Shown: positions 43,963-52,916, counted from the first letter of the stretch. The stretch is DNA of 64,000 bases from Candidatus Pacearchaeota archaeon (GCA_019659125.1 JAIFVX010000003.1:807-64806); one strand, 5' to 3'. Numbers and translations are program-made. Notes: a model not told the origin generated them from the letters alone.

Positions 43963-44314
43963 ATTCATAGACTAAAAATGCAACCAGCACTGCGCCCATC
44001 AATAAAGGTACATCTCTAAAGACAATAAACAGTTGATCAAGATTTGAAAGAATAATGAATGTGAAATTGAGTGCCGATAAAATCGCCCCATAGAATCTCG
44101 TCTTTGGGTAGAGAATAAGCAGTGCAATGGCAATATCAAGGAATGCGTGAAGATAGAGCACTGAGGATACAGAAATGAGAGAAGTTATCCACGCCGGAAC
44201 GAATATCTGCCATTGACTTGGATTGGTAAGCGTCCCGAGACCTGCATAAGCGTGAGCAAACGCTAAAGCAATGGATAGGGCAAGAATGATTGTCTTTTTT
44301 TCTATGCTATGCAT
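43925..44314 (-). CDS. Membrane protein (4 TM), unknown
   Basis: Hydrophobic ORF. Its 3' end overlaps the convergent 708-aa gene by 38 nt. Confidence 0.4.
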   Translation of the reverse strand: MHSIEKKTIILALSIALAFAHAYAGLGTLTNPSQWQIFVPAWITSLISVSSVLYLHAFLDIAIALLILYPKTRFYGAILSALNFTFIILSNLDQLFIVFRDVPLLMGAVLVAFLVYESRAASQSALHSQ

Positions 44315-44717
44315 CGTGTATCAGATAGTGATCAAAAAATTGGCTAAACCTCTTTCCTTTTTCGAGCGCTGTTTCCAGGGAAATGACCCAGTTCTTTCCT
44401 GAATCTACAAGGAAACTGGGATCTAGGAAAATCCAGCCTTGGCGATTGAAACGGACTGCAATTACCGGTGTTAAGCCGATGTTATGAGAGAAAAGCATGA
44501 AATCCTGGATCTGCTGCCTTGTTATGTATATACGGGCGCTTTTGCTTGATTTGGCCTCTATGGTGTATCCGTGTCTGCCAGATTTTGCTGCAATAATATC
44601 ACACGGAGAGTCATCATTAACTCCTGAGCCAGCTACACGTACTGCCCGCCAGCCCTGCTCGGTGAACAGGCGGACAAGCTCCCGTTCGGCATTCGCCCCT
44701 TTTGCCTTATTCGACAT
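44307..44717 (-). CDS. hjc: Holliday junction resolvase Hjc
   Basis: KGANAERELVRLF ... SPCDIIAAK ... TIEAKSSK (E...D...ExK nuclease motif). Confidence 0.8.
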   Translation of the reverse strand: MSNKAKGANAERELVRLFTEQGWRAVRVAGSGVNDDSPCDIIAAKSGRHGYTIEAKSSKSARIYITRQQIQDFMLFSHNIGLTPVIAVRFNRQGWIFLDPSFLVDSGKNWVISLETALEKGKRFSQFFDHYLIHDA

Positions 44718-44749
44718 GGAGATAAAACGGCAGCGCTGTATAAATAGTT

Positions 44750-44917
44750 TTACAAATCTTTTGCCTGCAGCGTGCGTCTGCCATTCAGCTTTGCCCGCTT
44801 CGCCGCTTCATCGAGCAGTTCAAGCAGCTTCTTGTTCAGCGCGTCAGGAACGTCACCTGCTACATTCATGTCAGGCACGGCTGACTTTATCTTACTTTTT
44901 ATGATGAGGTCTACCAT
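44750..44917 (-). CDS. DUF1931-like histone-fold small protein
   Basis: Not in ORF track (55 aa). My translation: MVDLIIKSKIKSAVPDMNVAGDVPDALNKKLLELLDEAAKRAKLNGRRTLQAKDL. The start lies inside the last 26 nt of lysS. Confidence 0.55.
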   Translation of the reverse strand: MVDLIIKSKIKSAVPDMNVAGDVPDALNKKLLELLDEAAKRAKLNGRRTLQAKDL

Positions 44918-46424
44918 GGTCCTCCTTTTTCTCCTGTGGCTTCATGAACGGAAAGAGAACAACATCTCGAATGGAATCCTGGCCGGTAAGCAACATAGTA
45001 AGTCTATCAATGCCCATCCCATACCCTGCTGTTGGAGGCATTCCATATTTCAATGCAGTGATAAAATCATCATCATATGGCATTGCCTCTCCTGCTCCTG
45101 ACTGAAGCAATTTTTGCTGCTCTTTCAGTCGGTCTTCCTGGTCTATGGGATCGTTCAGTTCGTCATAGGCCTTCAGTATCTCCGCACCATCAATAATAAG
45201 CTGGACTGAATTTATTTTTGTCTTATCTTTCTCATTCCTTTTTGCAAGCGCAATCATTTCAACAGGATAGTGAGTAAGGAAAGTTGGTTGAATAATGCTT
45301 GGCCGTGCAATTCTCTTATAGAGTTCATCAAGCAGCGAACCATAATGGGTGGCTTCTTTCAGATTGATATTTGCAATCTTCTTTTTCACTATTTCTGATT
45401 TTAATTTATCAAATGTATTTGCCTTGTCTATGTCAATGCCTGCCTTGTCCATAATAAGATCCCGAAACGTTATCTTCTTGAAAGGAGGCTCAAGAGATAT
45501 CTGCTTACCACGATATCCTATCATTGCAGTCATGTTGAGTTCTTTTAATAGTCTTTTAAACAGCTCTTCTGTAAATTCTATGTGGAACTCATAATTATCA
45601 TAGGCAGAATAATATTCCATCATGGTAAACTCGGGATTGTGCTGGAAATCTATTCCTTCATTCCTAAAGTTCTTGCATATCGTGAAGACTCTATCAAAAC
45701 CTCCAACAATAAGTCTTTTTAGATAAAGCTCGGGAGATATTGAAAGGAAGAGGTCTATATCGAGGGCGTTAAGATGGGTAGTAAAGGGTGTTGCTGAGGC
45801 CCCCCCATAGACTGCCTGCAAGAGCGGCGTCTCTACCTCTACAAATTCTTTTTCTTTCAACAATCCACGCACCACGTCAATGATCTTTTCTCTTTTCAAG
45901 AACACCTCTTTTACCTTAGGATCCATAACAAGATCGAGGTATCTTTTCCTGTATCTTTCTTCCTTATCTTCAAGTCCATGCCATTTATCAGGAAGAGGAA
46001 GTATTGATTTTGAAAGTAGTGTTATATCTTTGACAACAACGGAGAGCTCGCCTCTCTGCGTCCTAAAAATCGGACCTTCCACTCCTATAAAGTCTCCAAC
46101 ATCCACATATTTCTTGGCAAAGTCCTTGATTTTTTCAGGAGTTTCCTTTTCTTCTATAACCACCTGTATTTTTCCAGTCGCATCTTGAACAACTCCAAAG
46201 GCGATTTTCCCTAGGTCCCTGAAACTCATCAATCTTCCTGCAATGGTCGCCTTATATTTGTCTTTGCCTTCATTCTTCAGTTTTTTATATTTAGATTGTA
46301 AATCTGCAGCGGTGTCTTTCCTTTCAAATTTCTGGGGATAAGGATCTATCCCTTTATCACGGAGTTCTTTTAATTTCTTCAGCCGTTCGGCAGTAATTTC
46401 GTCTTGACGTCCCATAAAGGACAC
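44892..46424 (-). CDS. lysS: Lysyl-tRNA synthetase, class II
   Basis: OB anticodon-binding N-domain. Class II core with CKNFRNEGIDFQHNPEFTMMEYY. GTG 46424 or ATG 46415 start. Confidence 0.9.
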   Translation of the reverse strand: MSFMGRQDEITAERLKKLKELRDKGIDPYPQKFERKDTAADLQSKYKKLKNEGKDKYKATIAGRLMSFRDLGKIAFGVVQDATGKIQVVIEEKETPEKIKDFAKKYVDVGDFIGVEGPIFRTQRGELSVVVKDITLLSKSILPLPDKWHGLEDKEERYRKRYLDLVMDPKVKEVFLKREKIIDVVRGLLKEKEFVEVETPLLQAVYGGASATPFTTHLNALDIDLFLSISPELYLKRLIVGGFDRVFTICKNFRNEGIDFQHNPEFTMMEYYSAYDNYEFHIEFTEELFKRLLKELNMTAMIGYRGKQISLEPPFKKITFRDLIMDKAGIDIDKANTFDKLKSEIVKKKIANINLKEATHYGSLLDELYKRIARPSIIQPTFLTHYPVEMIALAKRNEKDKTKINSVQLIIDGAEILKAYDELNDPIDQEDRLKEQQKLLQSGAGEAMPYDDDFITALKYGMPPTAGYGMGIDRLTMLLTGQDSIRDVVLFPFMKPQEKKEDHGRPHHKK

Positions 46425-46447
46425 TAGAAAAATGTATTTATATAGTT

Positions 46448-46723
46448 TTAGAAGTTTATGATCTTGAAATCCTTGAAATCCTGCAACCGTTCCTCTTTCT
46501 CCTCGATCTTTCTCATGACGGCATGTTTCGGTCCGGCGCGGCAGACTGCGAGAAATGCATCGACATTCAAGGAATCCCCTTCGGCGAATATCTCCATACG
46601 TAGATCTTCTAATTTTCTCACAAAACCTCGAACATTCCCTTTATCGGCATGGTCTTTGATGAACTGCCTAAAAAACATACCTTGCACGCTTCCCGTGATA
46701 TACATTCGAACTGCTTTTTTCAT
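46448..46723 (-). CDS. acyP: Acylphosphatase
   Basis: YITGSVQGMFFRQF ... VRGFVRKLEDLRMEIFAEG pattern. Confidence 0.75.
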   Translation of the reverse strand: MKKAVRMYITGSVQGMFFRQFIKDHADKGNVRGFVRKLEDLRMEIFAEGDSLNVDAFLAVCRAGPKHAVMRKIEEKEERLQDFKDFKIINF

Positions 46724-46754
46724 AGTATGAAAGAATATTGGAGATTAATATAGT

Positions 46755-47528
46755 TTACCCTTCTTTTGCTGTATTCTTGACGCTCTTGGCAAGCATTTCA
46801 GCGGCAAAGCTCTCGTCAACCAACCGTATGTAGCCTACACCCTTCCAGTCTTTTCCAAGCGCCTTCGCTGCCTGCTTATCTATCTCAAGAGGCTGGCCTG
46901 CAAGAATCATTCCCTGCTCTGAAGCATCTATGACTCCAAGAGAAGGCATCTTGCATCGAAGAACATCATGAATCGCAAACTTCAAAGGCCATTTTCGTAT
47001 CTTGTTTTTTGTGCTTGAGAAGAATCCTCGGTAGTAGGAAAGAGGGAATGCGCCAAGCATGTTTGACAAACTTGCTTGTATATCTGTCTCTTCATCCTCT
47101 GCAAGCTTTGGAAGGGATATGATAAAGCTTTCAAGAAGAATCTTTGGGTACATGACCGTTCCAAACTTCATGAATTCCCCATCCTGTATCTCTTCAACCT
47201 CTGCATTGTTAAGATCGATCAATCCTACAGAATAGGTCTCTGCAAGTTTCTTGTACTGTTTCTGCTCAAACAGGTCCATAGTGATGTTTCTGTCCGATCC
47301 TTCTGCTATGAACACTTCGGCTGCAGGATTCTTATGCCTCATACAGTATTTCAGGACTTCCTCCACAAACTCTACCGGTGTATGATGGGACTCCTCATCC
47401 TTCAATGAAGGTTTCAGGACTATCTTACTGTGCTTTTTCAGCTCGCCTTCCAATTTAATGACATCGAGAAGTTTTGGAACTGTCTCGGCGTAAGACTTGA
47501 ATTTTATTGACACTCCTTTTACCATCAC
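46755..47528 (-). CDS. DUF362 domain protein
   Basis: KIVLKPSLKDEESHHTPVEFVEEVLKY...VFIAEGSD layout. Family recalled from the pattern only. Confidence 0.45.
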   Translation of the reverse strand: MMVKGVSIKFKSYAETVPKLLDVIKLEGELKKHSKIVLKPSLKDEESHHTPVEFVEEVLKYCMRHKNPAAEVFIAEGSDRNITMDLFEQKQYKKLAETYSVGLIDLNNAEVEEIQDGEFMKFGTVMYPKILLESFIISLPKLAEDEETDIQASLSNMLGAFPLSYYRGFFSSTKNKIRKWPLKFAIHDVLRCKMPSLGVIDASEQGMILAGQPLEIDKQAAKALGKDWKGVGYIRLVDESFAAEMLAKSVKNTAKEG

Positions 47529-47559
47529 GGATTAGGAATCTCTGGGCTTTTAAAGATTG

Positions 47560-48168
47560 TTATACTGAACTATCGATTCTTCTATCGATCTCATTATTCA
47601 CAATGGCGACGGTTTGTGATGCAAAGTACGTCCGTTTTCCTATGGAGACAGAGGTGCATATCTTTTTCAGGCGCTTCAGCTCTTTTGCAGGCAATCCTAG
47701 ATGATCCCCAAGGATAAAAACAGGGTTCTCGGCTATGTTTGCTGTCCGGATATCCTCTCCATCTGCATCCAAGATATATAATGATCGCCCGCTATCATTC
47801 AATTCGTTTGCTAGCTCGAGAAATCCTTTTTTCTCAATCCAATATCCTGGAAAGACTTCATGCTTCTCCCCTTTTCTATACTTATAGAGCATTTTCTTGA
47901 TGATGGACCCTACATCTTTCTTGTTCAGGTAGATCTTATCCACTCCTGTCTCACCTTCCAACACGGGTTTCATCTCAAGGTGCTTTGGGGGATCAGGCAT
48001 CCCTGCAAAAATCAAATGAAGGGTCGTATCGGTCCTGATCTTGTGGCTTAGGAAGAATGCTGCAATGACTGTGTGGATTGCAATATCTATCCTTCCAGCC
48101 TTCATAAGATCATCGCCAAAGTTTCCGGATGTTGGCGCAGACCTTGAATAGTAAATGAATTCTCTCAT
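47560..48168 (-). CDS. trmY: tRNA (pseudouridine54-N1)-methyltransferase TrmY
   Basis: MREFIYYSRSAPTSGNF..DLMKAGRIDIAIHTVIAAFFLSHKIRTDT, typical of SPOUT DUF358/TrmY. Confidence 0.75.
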   Translation of the reverse strand: MREFIYYSRSAPTSGNFGDDLMKAGRIDIAIHTVIAAFFLSHKIRTDTTLHLIFAGMPDPPKHLEMKPVLEGETGVDKIYLNKKDVGSIIKKMLYKYRKGEKHEVFPGYWIEKKGFLELANELNDSGRSLYILDADGEDIRTANIAENPVFILGDHLGLPAKELKRLKKICTSVSIGKRTYFASQTVAIVNNEIDRRIDSSV

Positions 48169-48233
48169 ATGAGTAGAAAGACTCGCTCTTTTTAAATCTC
48201 ATTATTTAAAAAGTCGATTTCCTTTGGGTACTG

Positions 48234-48821
48234 ATGATGCTTATTGATAGCTTGGTGGATAATGTGCAGAGCCATTCCCACCTTGTCCTCCTTATTGCCT
48301 CTCTATTCATTGGGGAGGAAGCCATGGTGTTCTTCGCTTTCATCGCAGGTGAAGGATTCCTATCATTCTGGCAGGTCTTCATTTATAGCATCATCGGCAT
48401 CATCATTGCAGATAGCATCATATTCTGGCTTGGGAGCGCTCATGTCGTTGACTTTCTGAAGAAGAGAGTGAATGTGGGGAGATATAAGAAGGCCATCAAT
48501 TTCATCCATAGAACTGCCGGAAAAAGCCAGATCCTCTCCCTTACACTGAGCAAATTTGTGTATGGATCGAGGATAGTGACTATATTCTACTTCAGTTCCC
48601 GAACCACTTTTAAAAAATTCTTACTTTCAGATATCATTGCAATATTCATATGGTCTGCAATCATGCTCCCTCTTGCATGGCTCGCTGGAAAGGGCTTAAG
48701 CTTATCATTCCATGCGGTAAGGCATTTTGAAAAGGTGATGAGCGTCATATTGCTCTTCGTCGTCATCATGTATGTGATCAATAAATTCGTACGGCTCTGG
48801 CTTGTGAGGAAGTCCACGTAG
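48234..48821 (+). CDS. DedA-like membrane protein
   Basis: Polytopic. FIGEEAMVFFAFIAG... TATA-like box at 48203-48212. Confidence 0.5.
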   Translation: MMLIDSLVDNVQSHSHLVLLIASLFIGEEAMVFFAFIAGEGFLSFWQVFIYSIIGIIIADSIIFWLGSAHVVDFLKKRVNVGRYKKAINFIHRTAGKSQILSLTLSKFVYGSRIVTIFYFSSRTTFKKFLLSDIIAIFIWSAIMLPLAWLAGKGLSLSFHAVRHFEKVMSVILLFVVIMYVINKFVRLWLVRKST

Positions 48822-48860
48822 GCCATCTCAATTTAAAAAGTTAGGAATACCTACTGTTTC

Positions 48861-50072
48861 ATGAAGGGGGCTGCGATCGTCATAATTCTCGTACTATCTT
48901 TAAGCATAGTTTCGAGTTTTGTTTTTTTCCTTTCAACATCACATAAACAGCAAGAATACTCGCCAGGTGACTCTCGGGCGAAAAAAGATTGTTCAGGAAA
49001 TGGAACGGTGGACCTTATTTCACCTATGAACTTAGAGGATATTGGAATTATAATTCCTATGGGTGCTGTCATTGGGGGCCACGTGACACCTATCGATCAT
49101 ATGTATTTTCAGCCAGTAGTTTTCAATTCCAGGCCTGATACGTATGATGTCTATGCAGATGCAGATGGGGTTATAGATGGCATTGGCAGCGAGCCTCTTG
49201 GAAATGGGAACAGGTATCCCAAATATAGATTGACAATTCTTCATACATGCGATTTCTATAGCATCTATAACCTTCTTACCAGTCTTTCACCGCAACTATC
49301 GAATATCACGGGTCCTATTGATCCTGGCAGCTACTACTTCAAGCCTATTGCAGTGAAGAAGGGAGATCTCCTTGGAAAAATCGGAGGGCAGACTCTCGAC
49401 CTGAGTGTCAATTATGACAAGTCAGTATTGAAAGGTTTCATTGTTCCAGAACATTATGAAGCAGAATCATGGAAAATTCATACAGTTGATCCCTTCGATT
49501 ATTTTATCGAGCCCATACGCACTCAGCTCTTGGGAAAAAATGTCAGGCAGGCAGAACCCCGTGGAGGAAAGATAGATTATGATGTAGATGGGAGGTTGGT
49601 GGGAAATTGGTTCATTGAAGGCACGGGTGGATATGCTGGAGGGGCAAAGGATCCGCAGGGATATTGGAAAACACATGCAGCATTTGTCTATGACCACATA
49701 GATCCAACCCATATCATAGTGTCCTTGGGAAACTACAGTGATATCGCAGAGCGCTTCACGGGAGAAAATCCTAATTCTATCCATCTTCAATATGGTGTCA
49801 AAGGAAACTCCCCTGATCCAAAGAATGTTGGTGTCAGCACCGGGTTGACAAAATATGAGCTTGTTGACACTGCCTATGTTCTCTCTGATAGCGGTCAGAT
49901 GTGGAATCGGATGAGCTATGCGAACAACATACGGGCTGTAAGCGGAAACTACACCCACGGTGTCGTACTGGTGCAACTCATTTCTGAAAGAAAAATGAAG
50001 CTAGAAATTTTTCCTGGAAAAAATAGCTCCGAGGTTTTAGGTTTTGTAAATCCCACAGTCTATGAGCGATAG
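48861..50072 (+). CDS. N-terminally anchored secreted protein with a possible degenerate M23/LytM-like core
   Basis: TM helix, then GGHVTPIDHMYF ... VYADADGVIDGIG ... LTILHTCDFYSIY ... VKKGDLLGKIGG, which resembles M23 strand order. No terminal HxH seen. Confidence 0.35.
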   Translation: MKGAAIVIILVLSLSIVSSFVFFLSTSHKQQEYSPGDSRAKKDCSGNGTVDLISPMNLEDIGIIIPMGAVIGGHVTPIDHMYFQPVVFNSRPDTYDVYADADGVIDGIGSEPLGNGNRYPKYRLTILHTCDFYSIYNLLTSLSPQLSNITGPIDPGSYYFKPIAVKKGDLLGKIGGQTLDLSVNYDKSVLKGFIVPEHYEAESWKIHTVDPFDYFIEPIRTQLLGKNVRQAEPRGGKIDYDVDGRLVGNWFIEGTGGYAGGAKDPQGYWKTHAAFVYDHIDPTHIIVSLGNYSDIAERFTGENPNSIHLQYGVKGNSPDPKNVGVSTGLTKYELVDTAYVLSDSGQMWNRMSYANNIRAVSGNYTHGVVLVQLISERKMKLEIFPGKNSSEVLGFVNPTVYER

Positions 50073-50073
50073 A

Positions 50074-50931
50074 TTAGTTAAAAACAAATTCAGGGACTGC
50101 AATCACTTCACCTTCATTCACAACTCGATAGCAGCCGATAAACCTGCTCTTAAGGAATACTGCAATCTTTTCATCCTTTTTATAGGATGCTTTCTTTTCG
50201 ATAAATAGTTCAAACAATGGAGAGCCAGTAAGGCATTTTTTAAGCGCTTCTTCCTTGATGAATGCTAGGGGAATGATGGTGGAGATTATTTCTGCAGGAA
50301 CGATCATTTCACGCAGCTTCTTGTCATCTCCTTTCTTGTACTCTTCCACAGCCTTCTCAAACTCATAGAGATTGTATATCTTATCTTCACCAAACATGCC
50401 TGCTTTCGTCCTTCGCAGCTCAAGCATATGTGCACCCCCTATTGTTTCGCCAAGATCATGAATAAGTTTTCGGATATAGGTTCCTGCCTGTACGAGTGTT
50501 GAAAAGAGAACATCTTTTCCATCTCTCTCAAGAATATTAAATTCCTTGACTTCACGAACTCTTTCTTCGCGCTTTACTCGTGATCTTACAGGAGGAAGCT
50601 GCGTTATCTTTCCCACAAAATTTTTTAATTCCTTTTCAAGGACTTTCTCATCGACATCCTCATGCAGCCTCATGATCCCTACATACTCCTTATCTCTATG
50701 CATAAAATAATCACTGAGCCTGCATGCTCTTCCGAGCAATACTGGAAGGACTCCTGTTACCATGGGATCAAGGGTCCCGAGATGTGATGTCTTATTCAGA
50801 TCCAAGGAATTCTTGATAAATTCAGATACGGTAAAGCTTGTAGGCCCTGAAGGCTTGTCTATATTGATGATTCCAAATTTTAACAAATCAGAAGTCGATT
50901 TCTTTCTTTTCAGATCGTCCAGATCAAGCAT
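50074..50931 (-). CDS. cbf5: H/ACA RNP pseudouridine synthase Cbf5 (TruB family) with PUA domain
   Basis: INIDKPSGPTS ... HLGTLDPMVTGVLPVLLG. Confidence 0.85.
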   Translation of the reverse strand: MLDLDDLKRKKSTSDLLKFGIINIDKPSGPTSFTVSEFIKNSLDLNKTSHLGTLDPMVTGVLPVLLGRACRLSDYFMHRDKEYVGIMRLHEDVDEKVLEKELKNFVGKITQLPPVRSRVKREERVREVKEFNILERDGKDVLFSTLVQAGTYIRKLIHDLGETIGGAHMLELRRTKAGMFGEDKIYNLYEFEKAVEEYKKGDDKKLREMIVPAEIISTIIPLAFIKEEALKKCLTGSPLFELFIEKKASYKKDEKIAVFLKSRFIGCYRVVNEGEVIAVPEFVFN

Positions 50932-50933
50932 AA

Positions 50934-51452
50934 TTACTTCTGCAATGCCATTCGCTGAGGCCTTTGAGCTTTCTCAGGCTTCGTTGAATGCTTTTCTGCT
51001 TTTGACTCTGCCTTGAATTCCTTGATGTTCGCTTCAGCAACTGACTTTTCCTTTTCCTTCTCTTCAACTCTCTTTTCCACTTCTTCCGGAGTAGGAGCTT
51101 CTTTCTCTTCCTTCTTTTCTGGTTTCACATGCATCTTTCCATGCTTTGCCTTTAGGAATTTTACATGCTCTGGCGTCTCTACGAATTCAACTTTAACAAT
51201 ATCTCCATCTTTCCTTGCCCTTACCTTTACTTTCGCTGGTGGATGGCGTCTGCCTCTGAACCACAATTCATTGTTGAAATAAACATCAAGCTTTACTTTA
51301 GATACGTCCCGATCTACCACTTTCATATGCTTAGCTATGAATTTCTTGATCGTCTTGATTGCCTTGCCCGTCCTTTCGTAATGAGGTACGTTAATCCAGG
51401 CTCGCCTCAATGGAATGATATATTCTCGCTCAAGTATTTTTGTCTCTGCCAT
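50934..51452 (-). CDS. rpl31e: Ribosomal protein L31e with ~75-aa Lys/Glu-rich C-terminal extension
   Basis: EREYIIPLRRAW...AIKTIKKFIAKHMK...LDVYFNNELWFRGRRHPPAKVKV, then a KE-rich tail. Confidence 0.8.
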   Translation of the reverse strand: MAETKILEREYIIPLRRAWINVPHYERTGKAIKTIKKFIAKHMKVVDRDVSKVKLDVYFNNELWFRGRRHPPAKVKVRARKDGDIVKVEFVETPEHVKFLKAKHGKMHVKPEKKEEKEAPTPEEVEKRVEEKEKEKSVAEANIKEFKAESKAEKHSTKPEKAQRPQRMALQK

Positions 51453-51453
51453 G

Positions 51454-51654
51454 TTATCCTAGATGTTGTTTTGGAGTGCTTCGTGGCTTAACTCTCAGCT
51501 TTGTACGCCTCCAGTGTCGCCTATGCTTAGTCATCTGTGAAGGATGCACTCGCTTCTTTACTCCATATTTTCTTACGACTGCCCAAAATGGAGCCCACTT
51601 TGTCCTTTTGTTATGCACTCCTAGTTTAACTTTTTTCTGGTATGATAATGTCAT
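51454..51654 (-). CDS. rpl39e: Ribosomal protein L39e (slightly extended C-terminus)
   Basis: KKVKLGVHNKRTKWAPFWAVV...HRRHWRRTKL. Confidence 0.75.
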   Translation of the reverse strand: MTLSYQKKVKLGVHNKRTKWAPFWAVVRKYGVKKRVHPSQMTKHRRHWRRTKLRVKPRSTPKQHLG

Positions 51655-52226
51655 TTTTGCATCTGTAACTTACGTTTAATCTCTTGTAAATATGAAATAT
51701 CTCCGTTCGTTAGTGGAGCATATTTTCTTTGAACCAGATATTCTTCCAGATTAAAAGAAGGGTCCCTTTTAGCAAATCTTGAATCAACGAAAAAATAATT
51801 TCTTGGAGCTACGACTGCCAAAGCCACTTCATTCTGTTTCACCTTCCTCGAAAGATTTTCTACAAAAATCGGTGGATGACCTTCTACTCCAAAATAGATC
51901 ATGTTGTTTTTTTGCATATACAGTCGGACAAAAGAAGTGTCTGGATTTTTAGAGAATGCGTTATCAGTCGACCATGATAAGTAGGCTGTTGCTTGAGTAT
52001 CTACTTTAAGGATCGAGCGAAAGTCTGATGGATTACCTCTGTTTGGGATAGTACTCATTTTATGAAGCTCGAATGGGGCTATTCCAGGTATGGAAACTCG
52101 TACACTTCTTCCAGGCATAATTTCGAATTCATTACCTAAAGTGAGACCAAGATAGTAGGGAGTCTTGATGGGCGATCCTGCATTCCCCAAATAAGCACGT
52201 CGTGCTTCTCTCATTTCAGGCATCAT
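51651..52226 (-). CDS. Hypothetical 191-aa protein embedded in the S19e-L39e-L31e operon
   Basis: Overlaps both neighbours (ATGA-type junctions). No family recognised. Confidence 0.45.
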   Translation of the reverse strand: MMPEMREARRAYLGNAGSPIKTPYYLGLTLGNEFEIMPGRSVRVSIPGIAPFELHKMSTIPNRGNPSDFRSILKVDTQATAYLSWSTDNAFSKNPDTSFVRLYMQKNNMIYFGVEGHPPIFVENLSRKVKQNEVALAVVAPRNYFFVDSRFAKRDPSFNLEEYLVQRKYAPLTNGDISYLQEIKRKLQMQK

Positions 52227-52630
52227 TTCAAGCTCTCCAGGAATTCTCTCCCTTTCTTCGTCATGATTCTTCCAGCTTTCTTTCCTTTAGCCTTTTCAAG
52301 AAGGCCTGCGGCCTCTGCCTGTTGCAAGATTGTCCTGATGATTTTTCCCCCTGATTTAACAAATCGTGGAGGCTGCATTCCTCTATCCTTTCTTCCACCA
52401 TATCGTGTTCGTAGACGCTCAACACCTACAGTGCCTCGGATGTAAATCTGTCTTAGAATACTTGCTGATCGATTGTGCCAGAAATCCGCATCGATGGTTG
52501 GTCGCATCTTGTGAGCACTTGTCTTCACGAGGTCGACCCATACTGGCTTCTCAAAGTCTCCAGACTTCTTGAGTGCCTCTGCAAGCATTTTATTATATTT
52601 TCCTGATTCAATAGTACGTATATCTGCCAT
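52223..52630 (-). CDS. rps19e: Ribosomal protein S19e
   Basis: PVWVDLVKTSAHKMRPT..DFWHNRSASILRQIY..G.VGVERLRTRYGG. Confidence 0.85.
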   Translation of the reverse strand: MADIRTIESGKYNKMLAEALKKSGDFEKPVWVDLVKTSAHKMRPTIDADFWHNRSASILRQIYIRGTVGVERLRTRYGGRKDRGMQPPRFVKSGGKIIRTILQQAEAAGLLEKAKGKKAGRIMTKKGREFLESLK

Positions 52631-52661
52631 TCCAGTAGTTAAAAAACACCCCTTATAAACC

Positions 52662-52916
52662 TTACTTCTTCAAACCGGCTTTTTTAAGGATGATAGTGAA
52701 TCCTATGATCTTGGTGAAATAAGCGCCTGTATACTTCTCTGAGAGCCGCCTCTTAATATCTTCGGCAAGTGCTTCCATGCTATTCCTATCCCTTCCTGAT
52801 GACTTGAGGGTTGAAATTCTCACCTGGTGATGGTTCTTAAGGGATGAAAACAATGAATCTATGACTCCGTCAGTAACTCCTGATTTTCCTACCTGGAATC
52901 GGGCGACAAGGCTCAT
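52662..52916 (-). CDS. YhbY/CRM-domain RNA-binding protein
   Basis: FQVGKSGVTDGVIDSLFSSLKNHHQVRISTLKS. Confidence 0.65.
   Translation of the reverse strand: MSLVARFQVGKSGVTDGVIDSLFSSLKNHHQVRISTLKSSGRDRNSMEALAEDIKRRLSEKYTGAYFTKIIGFTIILKKAGLKK

Noticed and set aside
44497-45101. Plus-strand ORFs 44497..44904 and 44772..45101
   Set aside because: They are antisense to Hjc, the DUF1931-like gene and lysS, all of which have clear family signatures.
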